64,000 bases of DNA from the NCBI RefSeq assembly GCF_009914755.1, contig NC_060930.1. One strand, written 5' to 3'. The translations under genes were made by a program, and so were the position numbers. Origin of the DNA: the human T2T-CHM13v2.0 reference genome, Homo sapiens. Below, piece by piece: positions 41,351 through 55,400 of the stretch (position 1 is the first letter of the stretch; each line of letters begins with the position of its first letter). The notes beneath the pieces are model-generated. The model saw only the letters and a program-made list of their open reading frames with translations. It was not told where the DNA came from and did no database searches.

Positions 41351-44300
41351 CATCCTCATTTTGCTTTTTAATACCATGTAAAGCAAGTCTCATCTCTTTT
41401 CCATATACCAATCCAGTCACTATTTGGAAAATTGTAACTCTCTGAAGCTCTACTAACCTTCCTCAAATGGTTTCAAGTTTCTTCATAATATGGGCAATTC
41501 TCTGAATAGGGGTCAAAAGATCTTTATCACTTTAAAAAGAAAAACTAAAACACTAAATATGTGAACACATTTATTGTACACGTTTACGTTCTCTTAGCAG
41601 GAACTTTTATTCTCATTATTCTAATTCTAATGTAGATACTATCCCAAAAATGGACATGAGGAAACTAACTACTAGAGGAAACAGATCTTCAATTTGTCTT
41701 TCACAACCACTTGGTTGTATATATTTAGACCATTCTATGAAAATTCTAACTTCACATATTTTTCCACACTCTGACCTCATGTTGTGATATTTGGAGGGGC
41801 ACGCTACACCCCTAAACTGAAGAAGTGAACACAGGCCATCACTGGAGATGCTCTACACTAGCTGAGAAGTTACTCGGCCTTCTTGTGTGCCGCTATGTCA
41901 TTATCATGACCTACCTCTTGGGCTAGACCTTCTTGGTACACTAGACTTGGTGCTATCCCTGACCTGGAAGTAACATATGAGAGGGAGAGGTAGTCCTTGT
42001 TATTTTTCTCAGCTGTGAATACATTTTTTTGTCAGGTTAAAATTTTTGGAAATTCAATTATGAGATAGTAGTTTCAGTTTCAGGAAGCCCAATATGAAAC
42101 TTTAGAGGAAAAATTTGTTTCTCTCTTAATTTGTGTTATTACAAAATATATATGCAGCATAGTCATAAAGCCACAGTTCTATTTCTATATGCAGTTGGGC
42201 CTGCTGAATGCTAAATAGAACACCAATATTCCTGTTACTCATAAAATGTACTAGCTAGGTTAGTGAATGCCAGAGAAAGTAACCATTTCTTAAAGAAAGA
42301 CAGATTTTAAGGGACTTAACTTTTCAGTGCAATATGTTAGCATGCTCCTATTCCTTGTGGGCTCTCAGATGTACAACAAACAAGCAAACAAAAAAGAAGC
42401 TTAGCTGATCCAGCCCTTTTGCAGCAAAGGGACCCAGAAGTGTTTTTCCTTGAAAACCTGAGGAAAATCAATCTCAGGGAGAAACAAACATGCTGTAGGT
42501 TTGTTTTATTTTTAACATAATAGTGCACCCAAAAAGTGACCCTTCCTGGAAAATTTTGCTCCAAAGAATATGGAACTATATATTTTGATTATCACATCAC
42601 TGTGCTAAGAAGTATAAGAATACATTTTTAGATAAAACTTTTCTTTATGATTTAATCAGAAAATATGGTTTTTTTTTTGTGCCTACTATGTGCAAGGCCC
42701 TGTCCAAAATCCTATGGATAGAAATGAAAATAAAATTTCATGAGTGTTTCCAGCAAACTGCTGTCCGGAAAATTCATGGACAAGTAAACTGACTGCAGAG
42801 CGATATGATAACTACTAAAGGAATGTGTAAACAATGTTATAGGAATACGAATAAGGAAAAGATGGATTGTGACTGAGGGGCCAGGGAAGCATTCACAATG
42901 CAGCTTAATTTGAAGAAGATAATATAGTCCATATGATACAAAATATCACTTTAAAATAGTATTAACATTTTTTAGTCTACAATCAGGCTCATTTTTGATC
43001 ATTTTAATTAAATATTCTAGTTGTATTGTTGCTGTAATAAAAGCAACTATCTTTCAAAACAAATTTTCACAAACCTAACACAAATAAGAAGATCTTCTTT
43101 TGGGCTTGAGGAAAATATGATCACAAAAGTATTCCTTTAACAATTGCATTTTTTTTCTTCAAAGTTGCTTATAATTTAGGACACAACACATACACACTTA
43201 CATACACATATAATTGCACTCATCATTGTTTCAATGTGAGAGTTAGATATTTTCATTTTCCCTCCACTCTCTTGATTAAGGCAATTATTACTTTAAATGT
43301 AAGTTGGATGTGTACATGGAAATGACATTTAGAAATAGGCCATGCTATTATTATGTCATTTAAGCATTTCCTCAGAAGCATCTTTGCTTTCTTGCAATTG
43401 GAGTAAGTTGAATTTTATATTGCCTGATAGCTTTAGATTGTTTAGTCAAATTTTTCCAGAAAAATTTTTAATTTTGTTTATATGGGATTGTTTGAACATT
43501 AAGTTTAGAGAGATGATATCAAATAGCCTGGAAGAAACCTTCAAGAATATTTTTGTAGGAGCTAGTGCTGCCATTTATCTTCTCATAATTTTATAGAAAA
43601 GCTTCAGCTTCAACATCTTCAACATCAACTACTTGCCTTCAGATAATAAGTAGAAATGACAACAGTAAGACATAGAAAAATAATTTGCATAAGCAACAAA
43701 ATCTATACAGAAAATAACTAAACGTAAGTATAGGAACACATTTCTAGATCATATACTCTAATTTTAATAGAAATTCATAAAATAATGTTTAAAACACTAG
43801 AGTATACTTTCCACAGGCAGAATAGTTATTTAAGTTACAAAAAAGAAAGGGTCTAAATAATTTTTCCTAATGATGTTGAAGACTTCTTTCTTTCCAAAAG
43901 TAGAGGTTGCTAATAAAGAAGCTAAGAATAACTGGTATTCTGACAAGACCACTTGAAAACAATCTATCCACAAATGTCACAAAAATTTCATAGTAAATAT
44001 GCAGAAGTATTTTCTTGTGATATTATCTCAAGATACAAGGTTCTGATTTTATAGTTTATATTCAACAAATTACAGAAAATATAATTATTCTTTAATTATT
44101 AGAATAGACCAAGAATGAATGAGGAATGTATCATTCCTGAGGTTTTTCTTTTCTTTATTTTTGGCAGTGTCAGTGTGAGAGGACATAACCCTCTACTAAA
44201 ACTATAAAATAATATGAAGTAATGTATTTACTTTGATTTTTACTTCAACAGTAGTGTCACAAGTTAGGTTATTATTATAAAGCCACTCTAAGACTTCATC

Positions 44301-44384
44301 AGTTTTATCCAGAGCTTCATTTAATCTGTTAAAATTTACATCATTCTCTTTTAAAGTGCCTATCATGTGAATATCCTTGTCAAT

Positions 44385-44575
44385 TTTCTTTCTTTCTCTT
44401 TCCTTTCTTTTTCCTTCTTTCCTTCTTTTTCTGTTTCATTTTCTTTCATTTTCTCTTTCTTTTTTTTTGTGCAGTGTGTGATCATGGCTCACTACTGCAG
44501 CCTTGGTCTCCCAGGCTCAAGCAATCCTCCCACCTTAACCTCCAGAAGAGCTGGGACCACAGGTGTATGTGGGCT
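44385..44575 (-). mobile_element. old Alu monomer fragment (FLAM/AluJ-like) with CT-rich tail
   Basis: GTGCAGTG...ATCATGGCTCAC...GGCTCAAGCAATCCTCCCACC...GCTGGGACCACAGGTG. Confidence 0.8.
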
Positions 44576-46172
44576 AGACTTTCTTTTCTTCAATTCTTAA
44601 CTGATATAATCCTGCAATATTCTCATTTATTTGTGATTCTGCATATAATCAAGTGGTTTTCAATGTCGATTTAATCAACACTGAGAAAGCCTTTATCTTT
44701 TGTAAGATATACATTTTTTTATTTTATAAACAATTGCATAGGATTTGCCCTGTGTTTCAACATTGGACAGTTGGCAAAAAAATAAAGTGGACTTAGACTT
44801 TGGCATTGATGTGATCGGTTAAATTGCACACTGATGTTAAGCTGAGAGGCATGCTTGAGTGGCAGGGACTTGGTGGTGACTTCATTAATGAATGTTTTCA
44901 TGTCTTGATCACGTTTTTCCCCTGTGCAACCTATTAACTGTGACTTAGACATATTATTTAATATTTCTGACATTAGTTTAATTTCTTTGTTTTTAAATGG
45001 AAATAGTAACAGATTCTGCCGCTTAGAGCTGTGATAAGTAAGTTACTTGTTTTTTTGTAATGTGCTTAACAGGCCTTCTGGCTCTGAACATGTCGTCAAT
45101 ACACGTTTACTATTATTTCATTAAAAGCTATGCAAAATCATCGTCAATCTACCAAATAGTGTGTCAGAAGTGCAACACAATTTATGCAAGATGTCTTGAA
45201 CTAACTATAACTTATTAAACAATCTTTCTCATTTCTTACATTTAATTTTATCACAGCAAAAATAAATGCGAACAACATCAAAATCATATTAAAATGTACA
45301 GTATATCTACTGAAGATTTATAAAGACCAAAGGGAGGCAGAATAAGTGTAGTCATACAACAAGATTTTCTAAGATGTATATTTATACATTCTTTCCTCTC
45401 CATAAACCCCACATTTTTAATAGCTGGCCCAGAGCTTCTTTCATCTCTCTACCCTGTCTTATCTTCAGCCTTTTATGACACACATCATGCAGCCCTTATC
45501 TATCATCTTCAACATTTCAGTTTTTTTCCCTGTACAGTTGATTATTTCTTATCCATAGAAATTTAGTCTCTAGGCTTTTTCCTGTTTCCTTTACCAAATT
45601 TCTGGCCAAGAAAAATCTAGGGACCACGTAATTCCATAAAAAATTCTCCATAAAGACCAAGAAACAGACTTATTAGTATCTTGGCCATGGTTGACTTTGG
45701 TTCTTCTGTTTCTGTTCTTAGTAGCTGTGTAAACTTAGTTCAGTCATTTTACTCTTAGTTTTCTATAATATAGAATCAGGGATTTAAACTCTATGATCTC
45801 TAAGCTGACTTTCAACTAAAATTTTGTATGTGTTTCTAATTATTTAAACCCCAAATTCAAGAACATTATGAATATAGCATACATGCAAAATAACAATAAA
45901 CATTTGCTTATTTTTGTGAAAAAGTTTCTTGCTTAAACGTAGGAGAATAAAAAATGTGGTACTCAAAACAGATAAAAATTTATTTCCCTTTCTCTTCCCT
46001 GCTAATGGTGAATAAATCTCAGGCTGCAGTAACATGTTTTAAAGGCTTTTCTACCTTTAAAATGTATCTAATTATTAGAAAAATCAATCTAATTAACCCA
46101 AATTAAGTGGATCTTGGAATTTATATTGAAGAATGTTTACCCACTTTTACATTTTAAAGAAAACTGTACAAT

Positions 46173-46370
46173 TAGAGTGGAATAATAGACATTGGAAACT
46201 TTAAAAGGTGGGTGGGTGGGAGTGGGGTGAGGGATAAAATACTTCCTATTGTGTACAATGTACACTATTTGGGTGATAGGTACACTAAATGCTCAGACTT
46301 CATTACTGCACAATATATTCATGTAACACAACAGCACTGGTACCCCTAAATCTATAAAAATAAAAATAAC
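46173..46370 (+). mobile_element. L1MA-type 3' end fragment
   Basis: AGAGTGGAATAATAGACATTGG...TACCCCTAAATCTATAAAAATAAAAAT. Confidence 0.85.
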
Positions 46371-47058
46371 CTGTATAATTAGTAAAAGATGACTATTTTT
46401 AATGGAATTTTTATTGTTCTTATAAGTTTTTGTTTTTTTTACTCTTCGAGTATCATTCAATTTACTTGTGTTCAGACATAAATTCAACCATTCAGAAGAA
46501 TATCAAGGAAAAGTAAACATGATGGTGAAGTTAGGAAGTGATTAAAATGATCAAAGAAAGAAATAAAAAATAATGACACACAAAAGATTCTTTTCAACTG
46601 GAAATAGTTACAATAACCTAAGGAACATGGGCAATGGCAATAGAAGAATGAGCTACTGGCTAGCAAATGAGAGAAAAAAGCAGGAATACAGAAGAAATAG
46701 AGAAAAAGGAGGGAAGTGAGTGCTAGGCTACATATAGAGCAGAAATAATCAGAATTGGCAACACATGGGTGACATACATCTCTATAGTTTGAAGCTGTTT
46801 CAGCAGAGACTCAAGAGAGCTCTTAGAGAGGAGAGAGGGGAACTATCAACTAGAACATCACCATAGGGCAAGCTATGTCTCAGCCCCTCCATCACTCTTA
46901 GGTGTGCCTCTGAAGCTCTGGAAAATCAGGCCACTTTTATGGGAGTAAGACAACGTATAAGAGCAGCCATGGACACTCACAGGAAAGTTACAACCAGCAG
47001 TCTTTGACATCTCTGCACTGAGAGTGTGCCACTCCAAATAAAGGGCAATTCATTTGTA

Positions 47059-47365
47059 CAGTAGTCCCCCCTTATTCATGGGTGATATGGTGAACTGAGA
47101 ATAATATTGAACCTTAAACAGTATATAACTTTTTGCATACATATATACCTATGATAAAGTTTAATTTATAAATTAGACACAATAAAATATTAATAACAAT
47201 AGTCAAGTATAAACTAGAACAATTATAACAATATACTATATTAAGAATTACATGAATGTCATCTCTCTCTCTTCCTCTCAGAATACTGTAATATATTTGG
47301 ACTGTGGTTGTACACAGGTAACTGAAGCCATGGAATTTGAAACTGTAGAAAAGGAAGGACTACTG
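47059..47365. mobile_element. MER44-like Tigger MITE
   Basis: TIRs CAGTAGTCCCCCCTTAT ... AAGGAAGGACTACTG with TA TSD on both sides. Confidence 0.85.
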
Positions 47366-47569
47366 TAATCTGCAGAAGCACTAACTAGAACAGAGTTCAG
47401 AGAATTATATTGTTTGTAATTTGAAAATATGTTAGTATAAATAGCATGATGGATGTATGTGCCTGAATTACTTTTCATCTATACCTTAGGAATATTTGGT
47501 TAATATTTTAAGGTTTTGTAGATCACATAACTAAGTCTGCAACCTTATCTTTATCCTACATTAATTTTT

Positions 47570-49400
47570 TCAGGTTGAATTTGCTCTTCTGCCATTAGGA
47601 AGTGAAGTGAAGTTTTCTTTCCCGTTAATATTGGTTGACTCAGTGACAGCATTATGAAAGTAACAGAGGTAACATTTTAGGACTCCCCAAATAGTGATAT
47701 TTCAGGAGCTTAGAAATTAAGAAGGCCTGGCAGTGTCTGCTTTTGTGCTCCAAAAAGGGAGCTACCATGTAAGAAGTCCAAGAAAGTTGAGATGGTCATG
47801 TTTTACAATAAAAATGTCAAGCTAGCCATATGGACTGGCAATAGGTGAGAAAGAGAGAGAGATAGAGATCCTCACTAGACCAACCAAATGGCTGAACTGT
47901 AAGCAAATAAATTTTATCTATTGCTTTAACCCACTAACATTTAAAAAATTTGTCATTTTATGCCATTTGCAAACAATTTATTTTCTGTACATAAAATAAA
48001 TTGATATCTAAGAGTGGGATGATGTTTGAACAAAAGGGTAAAGCATATTGCCTTATTTTGGGGACCAGGTATTGGGTAGAGATTTTAAGATTCTCAAGGA
48101 GGCTGTTAGCAAAGGTTGCAAGAACAGGATGAGGTTGCTATTGAAGGCCAGAGAACAGGGATCCTGAGTGATCTACTGGCAGAAAAAAAATTAGCAAAAT
48201 TAATACCTGTGGCAATGTGGACAATAGGAAGAAAACTTAATGATCTTGTGATCTGAGTAGGAAGATTTCTAGGCTGTTGAAAGTGCTTGCTCTTTTTAGT
48301 TGCATTTCTTTTCGTTGATCATGACAAAGTTCTTTTAGTTGATTATGACAAAGTTTAGAAGGAATGAGATGTGGAAAGAATGTTCAGCGTTTAAGAAGAA
48401 TTTAGTGCAATATAAAGGAGCTTGGACATGTCAGATTTGAAAATAAACTGTTTCTCATCCTCATTCTTGCTTAAAAATAGAAAAGATTATCAAAGTAAAA
48501 AATAGTTACAGAACAATGGTCGAATCCCAAGTGATTTCACCAAATTTAGCCTCATAATAAATACCAAAACAAAGGTTTAACTTTTTTGAAACCTCAGAAA
48601 GATTTAAGGTGGCATTTCCTAAAGAGTCTCTGCTGAGGAAATGGGCATATGAATATATTAAGTATGCTTTATAGATCCTCTCTTCCTAGCAAAAATGGCT
48701 CATGAGAATCTCATGGACACTGATCCAAGCCCAAAATAGAAAGAAATGTGTCTTAAGGAGATTCATAAGTGTGGCTTTTTTCTAAGGGTATGAACCACTT
48801 ATCTAATAGCAAGGAAACCCACAATTAAAAAAATTATATATATTTGTAATACAATGGACAGAGATGGGTCAAAATATAGAGACTTCTGCTCTCCTATCCT
48901 TCAACTTATTAAAGAAAGCTATTCAGTTACAACTTAATTCAGTGTTTTTGGAAAGAGAGGGAGGATGGAACACAGATACCAGAGAGTGTGTCTAAGAGCC
49001 ACTCCCAGGGCATATAGCAAAGTTTCTAAAATAGGAAGTGGTGATAAACACCTAGTTGGATTTCAGAAAAAAAAAAAAATTATGGCTGTTATCTTTGATC
49101 TTTTTACATTGTGAATGGGGTCTACGGGGATGAGATAATGTATTCTATATTGCATATGTCATTGAATTCAGAGCGGCTGCATTGAAGAGCTGTACTTATG
49201 CAACGGCAGCGTGGGGAGCTACCCTGAGGCTCCCTTCCCACAGCTCTTCCACAATGTGACCATAGCATTACTTCTTTAAGGTTAGATCTTGTGCCACTCA
49301 TCTTGAATCTGGGTTTGTCCTGTGCAAACTTTGACCAACTGAATGCAGCATTCTGGAATATTTGAGCCTAGACACAAGGAGCCTGACATCTTCTACTTTT
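47570..49400 (+). mobile_element. decayed MLT1 element: LTR, internal region and first part of second LTR
   Basis: MLT1-like LTR ending about 47980 (GAACTGTAAGCAAATAAA...TTTAACCCACTAA). MaLR-int-like sequence from about 48010. Second LTR from about 49200, split by the L1. Boundaries approximate. Confidence 0.55.
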
Positions 49401-52400
49401 GTTTAACTTTTATTTTAGGTTCAGGCATACATATACATGTTTGTTATATAGGTAAATTGTGTGTGGTGGGGGTTTGGTGTACAGATTATTTCATCATCCA
49501 GGTAATAAGCATAGTATCCAATAGGTAGTTTTTCGATCCTCAACCTCTTGCCACCCTCCGCCTTCAAGTAGGTCCTGGTGTCTGTTGTTCTCGTCTGCGT
49601 CCACAGGTGCTCAAAGTTTAGTTCTCACTTGTAAGTGAAAACATGTGGTGTTTGGCTTTCTGTTCCTGTGTTAGTTTGTTCACAATAATGGCCTCCTGCT
49701 CCATCCATGTTGCTTCAAAGGACATGATAGCATTCTTATTTATGACTTCTTTCGTGGTGTATATGTACCACATATTTTTAATCCAGTCTACCATTGACAG
49801 GCACTTACTTTGATTCCATGTCTTTGCCTTGCTCTTTGTGAATAGTGCTGCGATAAACATATGTGCACGTGTCTTTAGGTTAGAATGATTTATATTCTTC
49901 TAGGAATCCAATAATGGGATTGCTTGTTGAATGGTAATTTTTTTAAGTTCGTTGAGAAATTGCCAACTAATTTGCATTGTCACCAGCAGTATATAAGTAT
50001 TCTCTTTTCTCTGTAGCCTTGCCAGCATGTTATTTTTTTACTTTTTAATAATAGCCATTCTGATGGTGTGAGACTGCATCTCATTGTGGTTTTGATTTGC
50101 ATTTCTCTAATGATTAGTGATTTTGAGCATTTTTCATATGTTTGTTGCCCACATGTGTGTCTTCTTTTGAAAACTGTTTGTTCATGTCCTTTGCCCATTT
50201 TTAAATGGGGTTGTTTTTGCTTGTAAATTTCTTCAAATTTCTTATAGATTCTGGATACTAGACCTTTGCTGTATGCATAGTTTTCAAATATTTTCCCTCA
50301 TTCTGTAGTTTGTTGGTTTACTTTGTTGATATTTCCTTTGCTGTGCAGGAGCTCTTTAGCTTAATTAGGTCCCATTCGTCAGCTTTTGTTTTTGATGCAA
50401 TTGCTCTTAGTGTCTGCCTCATGTAATCCTTACCAGGTCCTATGTTGAGAATGGTATTTCCTAGGTTATCTTCCAGGGATTTTATAGTTTGAGGGTTACA
50501 CTTAAGTCTTTTAACCACCTTGAGTTAATTTTTGTATATGGTATAAGGAAAGGGTCTAGTTCCAATCTTCTGCATATGGCTATTCCAGAACCATTTGTCA
50601 AATAGTTATTCCAGCACCAGTTTATCAAATAGGGAGTCCTTTCCCTATTACTTGTTTATGTCAGTTTTGTCAATCAGATAGTTATAGGTGTACAGCATTA
50701 TTTCTGGGCTCTCGATTTTGTTCCATTGTTCTATGTGTCTATTTTTATACCACTGCCATCTTGTTTTGGTTATTGTAGCCTTGTAGTATAGTCTGGTAAT
50801 GTGATCACTTCAGCTTTGGTCTTTGGCTTAGCATTGCCTTGGCTATTCAGGCTCTTTTTTGGTTCCACATGAATTTTAAAAGTTTTTTCTAATTCTTTGA
50901 AGAATGTCACTGGTAGTTGAATGGGAATAGCATTTAATCTGTGAATTACTTTAGGCAGTATGACCACTTTCACAATATTGATTCTTCCCGTCTATGAGCA
51001 TGGAATGTGTTTTCATTTGTTTCTGTCATCCTTGGTTTCTTTGAGCAATGATTTGTAATTCTCATTTAGAAGTCTTTCACCTCTACAGTGAAAATTACAG
51101 AACATTGATCAAAACAGACACCAATAAAATAGCCACGATATCCCTGTTTGCAGACAATAGGATTCTATACCAAGAAAATCCCATAGTCTTTGCTCTAAAG
51201 CTCTATTGTAGAGCTGTATTCCTAGGTATTTTATTCTTTTTGTGGCTATTGTGAATGGGACTGCATTCTTGATTTGGATTTCACCTTGGATATTGTTGTT
51301 GTATAGGACTGCTACTGATTTTTGTACATTGATTTTATATCCTAAAACTTTGCCAAAGTTGTTTATAAGGTCATGGAGCTTTAGGGCAGAGACTATGGAG
51401 TTTTCTTGGTATAGAATCATATTGTCTGCAAACAGGGATAGTTTGACTTCCTTTCTTCCTATTTGGATGTGTTTTATTTCTTTCTCTTGCATAATTGCTT
51501 TGGCTAGGAATTCCAGTACTACTGAATAGGAGTGGTGAGAGAGGGCATCCTTGTCTTGTGCCAGTTTTCAAGGGGATTATTTCCAGCTTTAGCCCATTCA
51601 GTATGATACTATGTATTTGTCATAGATGGCTCTTATTATTTTGAAGTATTGTCCTTCAAATGCCTAGTTTGTTGAGGGTTTTTAACATGAAGGGATGTGG
51701 ATTTTATTGAAAGCCTTTTCATTATCTATTGTGATGTCCATGTGGTTATTTTTAATTCTGTTTATGTGGTGAATCACATTTATTGATTTGTGTATGCTAA
51801 ACCAACCTTGCATTCCAGAGACAGAGCCTACTTGATCATGGTGGATTAGCTTTTTGATGTGCTGCTGAATTTGGTTTGCTAGTGTTTTGTTTAGAATTTT
51901 TGCATCTATGTTCTTCAAGGATATTGGCCAAAGTTTTATTTTTATGTTGTGTCTCTTCCAGGTTTTGGCATCAAGATGATTTTGGCCTCACAGAATGAGT
52001 TAGGGAGAAATCCCCCCTCCTCATTTTTTCAGAATAGTTTCAGTATTAATAGTACCAGCTCTTCCTTATATATCTGGTAGAATTTGGCTGTAAATTCATC
52101 TGGTCCTGGGTTATTTCTAGTTTGTAGGGTTTTTATTAATGATTCAATTTTGGAACTTGTTATTGGTCTGTTCAGGGATTCAATCTCTTCTCGGTTCAAT
52201 CTTGTGTGGTTGTATGTTTCCAGGAATTTTTCCATTTCTACTATGTTGTCTAGCTCGCATGCATAGAAGTGTTCATAATAGTCTCTGACAGTTTTTTGTA
52301 TTTCTGTGGGTTCAGTGGCAATGTCCCCTTTGTCATTTCTGATTGCGTTTATTTGGATCTTCTGTTTTTCTTCATTAGTCTAGCTAGCAGTCTATCTATC

Positions 52401-55400
52401 ATATTAATTCTTTCAAAGAGCAAGCTCCTAAATTCATTGATCCTTTATGGTTTTTTGAATCTTACTTTCCTTCAATTTAGCTATGATTTGGGTTATTTCT
52501 TGTCTTCTGCTAGCCTTGGGGTTGGTTTGCTCTTGTTTTTCTAGTTCCTCTAATTGTGATGTTAGGTTGTTTATTTGAGATCTTCCTAACTTTTTGATGT
52601 AAGTGTTTAGTGCTATAAGTTTCCCTTGGAACACTGCTTTGGCTATATCCCAGAGATTCTGGAATGTTGTATTGTTTTTCCATTAGTTTCAAAGAATTTC
52701 TTAATTTCTGACTTATTTTTTTGTTTACCCAGAAGTCATTCAGGAGCACGTTGTTTGATTTCTATGTAATTTTATGGTTGGTTTTTTTTTTTTTGCATTG
52801 GTTTCTATTTTTATTGTGCCATATTCTGAGAGCATGGTTGGAACAATTTTGGGTTTTTAGAAATTAATTGAGAATTGTTTTATGCCTGATTGTGTGGGTA
52901 ATTTTAGAGTATGTGGCATGTGTGGATCAGAAGAAGGCATATTCTGTTGGTATTGGGAGGAGAGTTCTATAGTATGTTTATTAGGTCTATTTGGTCAAGT
53001 TGAATTGAGATCCCAAATATCTTTGTTAATTTTCTGCCTTGATGATCTGTCTAATACTGTCAATGGGGTGTTCAAGTCTTCCACTATTATTCTGTGGTCA
53101 TCTAAGTCTCTTTTTAGGTCTCTAAGAGCTTGATCTATGAATCTGAATGCTCCTGTGTTGGGTACATATTTTTTTAGGACAGTTAGGTCTTCTAGTTGAA
53201 TTAGACCTTTACCATTATGTAAATGCACTTCTTTGTCTTTTTTTTAAATCCTTGTTGGTTTAAAATCTGTGTTGTCTAAAATTAAAAGAGCACCCCTTGC
53301 CTTTTTGTTTTCCATTTGCATGGTAGGTTTTTCTCCATCCCTTTTATTTGAGCCTATGGGTGTCACTGCATGTGAGATTGGTCTCCTGAAGACAGAATAA
53401 CATTGGGTTTTGCTTCTTTATCTAATCTTCCACTCTGTGCCTTTTAATTGAAGCATTTAGACTGTTCACTTTCAAGTGAACATGTATTGACATGTGCAGA
53501 TTTGATCTTGTCATCATGTTGTTAGCTGGTTATTATGCAGACTTGTTTGTGTGGCTGCTTTATAGCATCACTGGTCTGTATACTTGTGTTTTTTTTTTTT
53601 TTTTTGTAGTGGCCAGGAATGGTCTTTTCCTTTCCATATTTAGCCCTCCCTTCAGGACTTTTTGTAAGGTAGGTCTGGTGGTAAAAAATTCTCTCAGCAT
53701 TTGATTGGCTGAAAAGGGTCTTATTTCTCCTTTGCTTACGAAGCTTACTTTGGCTGAATATGAAATCCTTGGATGAAAATTATTTTCTTTAAGAATGCTG
53801 AATATATGCCCCCAATCTCTTCTGATTTGTAGGGTTTCTGCTGACAAGTCTGCTGTTAGCCTGACAGGGTATCCTCTGTGGGTAACCTGCCCCTACTTTC
53901 TAGCTGCCTTTAACATTTTTTCTTTCATCTCCACATTGGAGAATCTGATGACTCTGTGTCTTGGGGGTGGTCTTCTTGGGGATGGTGTAGTATTTTGCAG
54001 GGTTTCTCTGCATTTTGATTTGAATGTTGACCTCTCTAGTAAGGTTGGGGAAATTTTCATGGATGATATCCTGAAATGTGATTTCCAAGTTGCTTAGCTT
54101 TTAACCCTCTTTTGCAGGGACACAAATGAGTTACAGATTTGGTCTCTTTACATAATCCCATATTTGTCAGAGATTTTGTTCATTCTTTATTGTTTTTCCT
54201 TTATTTTTGTCTGACTAATTTATTTTGGAGAGCCAGTATTTAAACTCTGAGATTGTTTCCTCAGTTTGGTCAATTCTGCTGTTAAAGTTTGGTCAATTCT
54301 GCTGTTAATACTTGTGATTGCATTATGAAATTTTTCTAGTGTGTTTTTCTTCTCCATAAAATCAGTTGGCTCTTTCTTATAATGTCCATTTTGTCTACCA
54401 GCTCCTATACTGTTTTATTGTAATCCTTAGATTTGGTTGGGTTTTGACTCTCTCCTGTATGTTGATAATCTTTATTCCTATCCATATTCTTAATTATGTT
54501 TCTGACATTTCAGCCATTTTAGCTTGGTTGAGAACCATTGCTAGGGAGCTATTGTGGTTGTTTGGAGGTAAGAAGACACTCTGGCTTTTTGAGTTTCCAG
54601 AGTTATTGTGCTGTTTTTTCCTTATTTGTGGGGATTATGTTCTTTCAATCTTTGAAGTTGCTGTCCTTTGGATGGATTTTATTGTTGTTGTTGTTTTCTT
54701 CTTTGAGGGGTTGATTATGGTATAGGTGTGCTTGGTTGAATGGCTTCACTTCTAGTCCACTCCTGGGTCTTGGAGGAGCCCTCTCTGATTACTGTCTCCA
54801 TGCCCACATTTCTTTTGTTCTGGCCCACAAGGATCCTTCAGGCAGGGGCTGCTGTTGGCAGACAAGCTGTATTGTCAGGTTGGCCCTAAACTGCTGTCTG
54901 TGTGCTTCATGTGAAACAGAGGATTGTGCCTGCATGCGGAGTTTAGGTGGAATTGGGACCACTGGGTTGGAAGCTCTAGTGGGTGTAGCCTGTCTAGCAA
55001 GGAGAGGTTGGTGTGGGTGGAGTTGCCTGCCCTGCCATCCGGGTGTTTCCAAGGCAACAGGAAGCTGTGCCCCTTGGCAAATTCAGGAAGAAGTAGGACG
55101 GCTGAGCCAGAAGCTCTAGCAGGTATGGCTCACCTGGCTATCAGCAGGAGGGGTGGGTAGAGCATCTGGGTTCCTCCAGGGACAAAAGAAGTCTATGCCT
55201 GCCAGCTAAGTTCCCATAGAAGCAGGACCGTTGGACCAGAAGCTCTAGTAGGCTTTTCCCACCTGGCTATCGGTGGAGGTGGGTGGGTCATGCACCCTGC
55301 TTTCCATGTTTCCTGGGACAATAGAAGCCGTGCTCTCCAGCTGAGTTTTACAGAAGCAGGACCACAGGGTCAGAAGAGCTAATAGGCATTAGCTGCCTGG

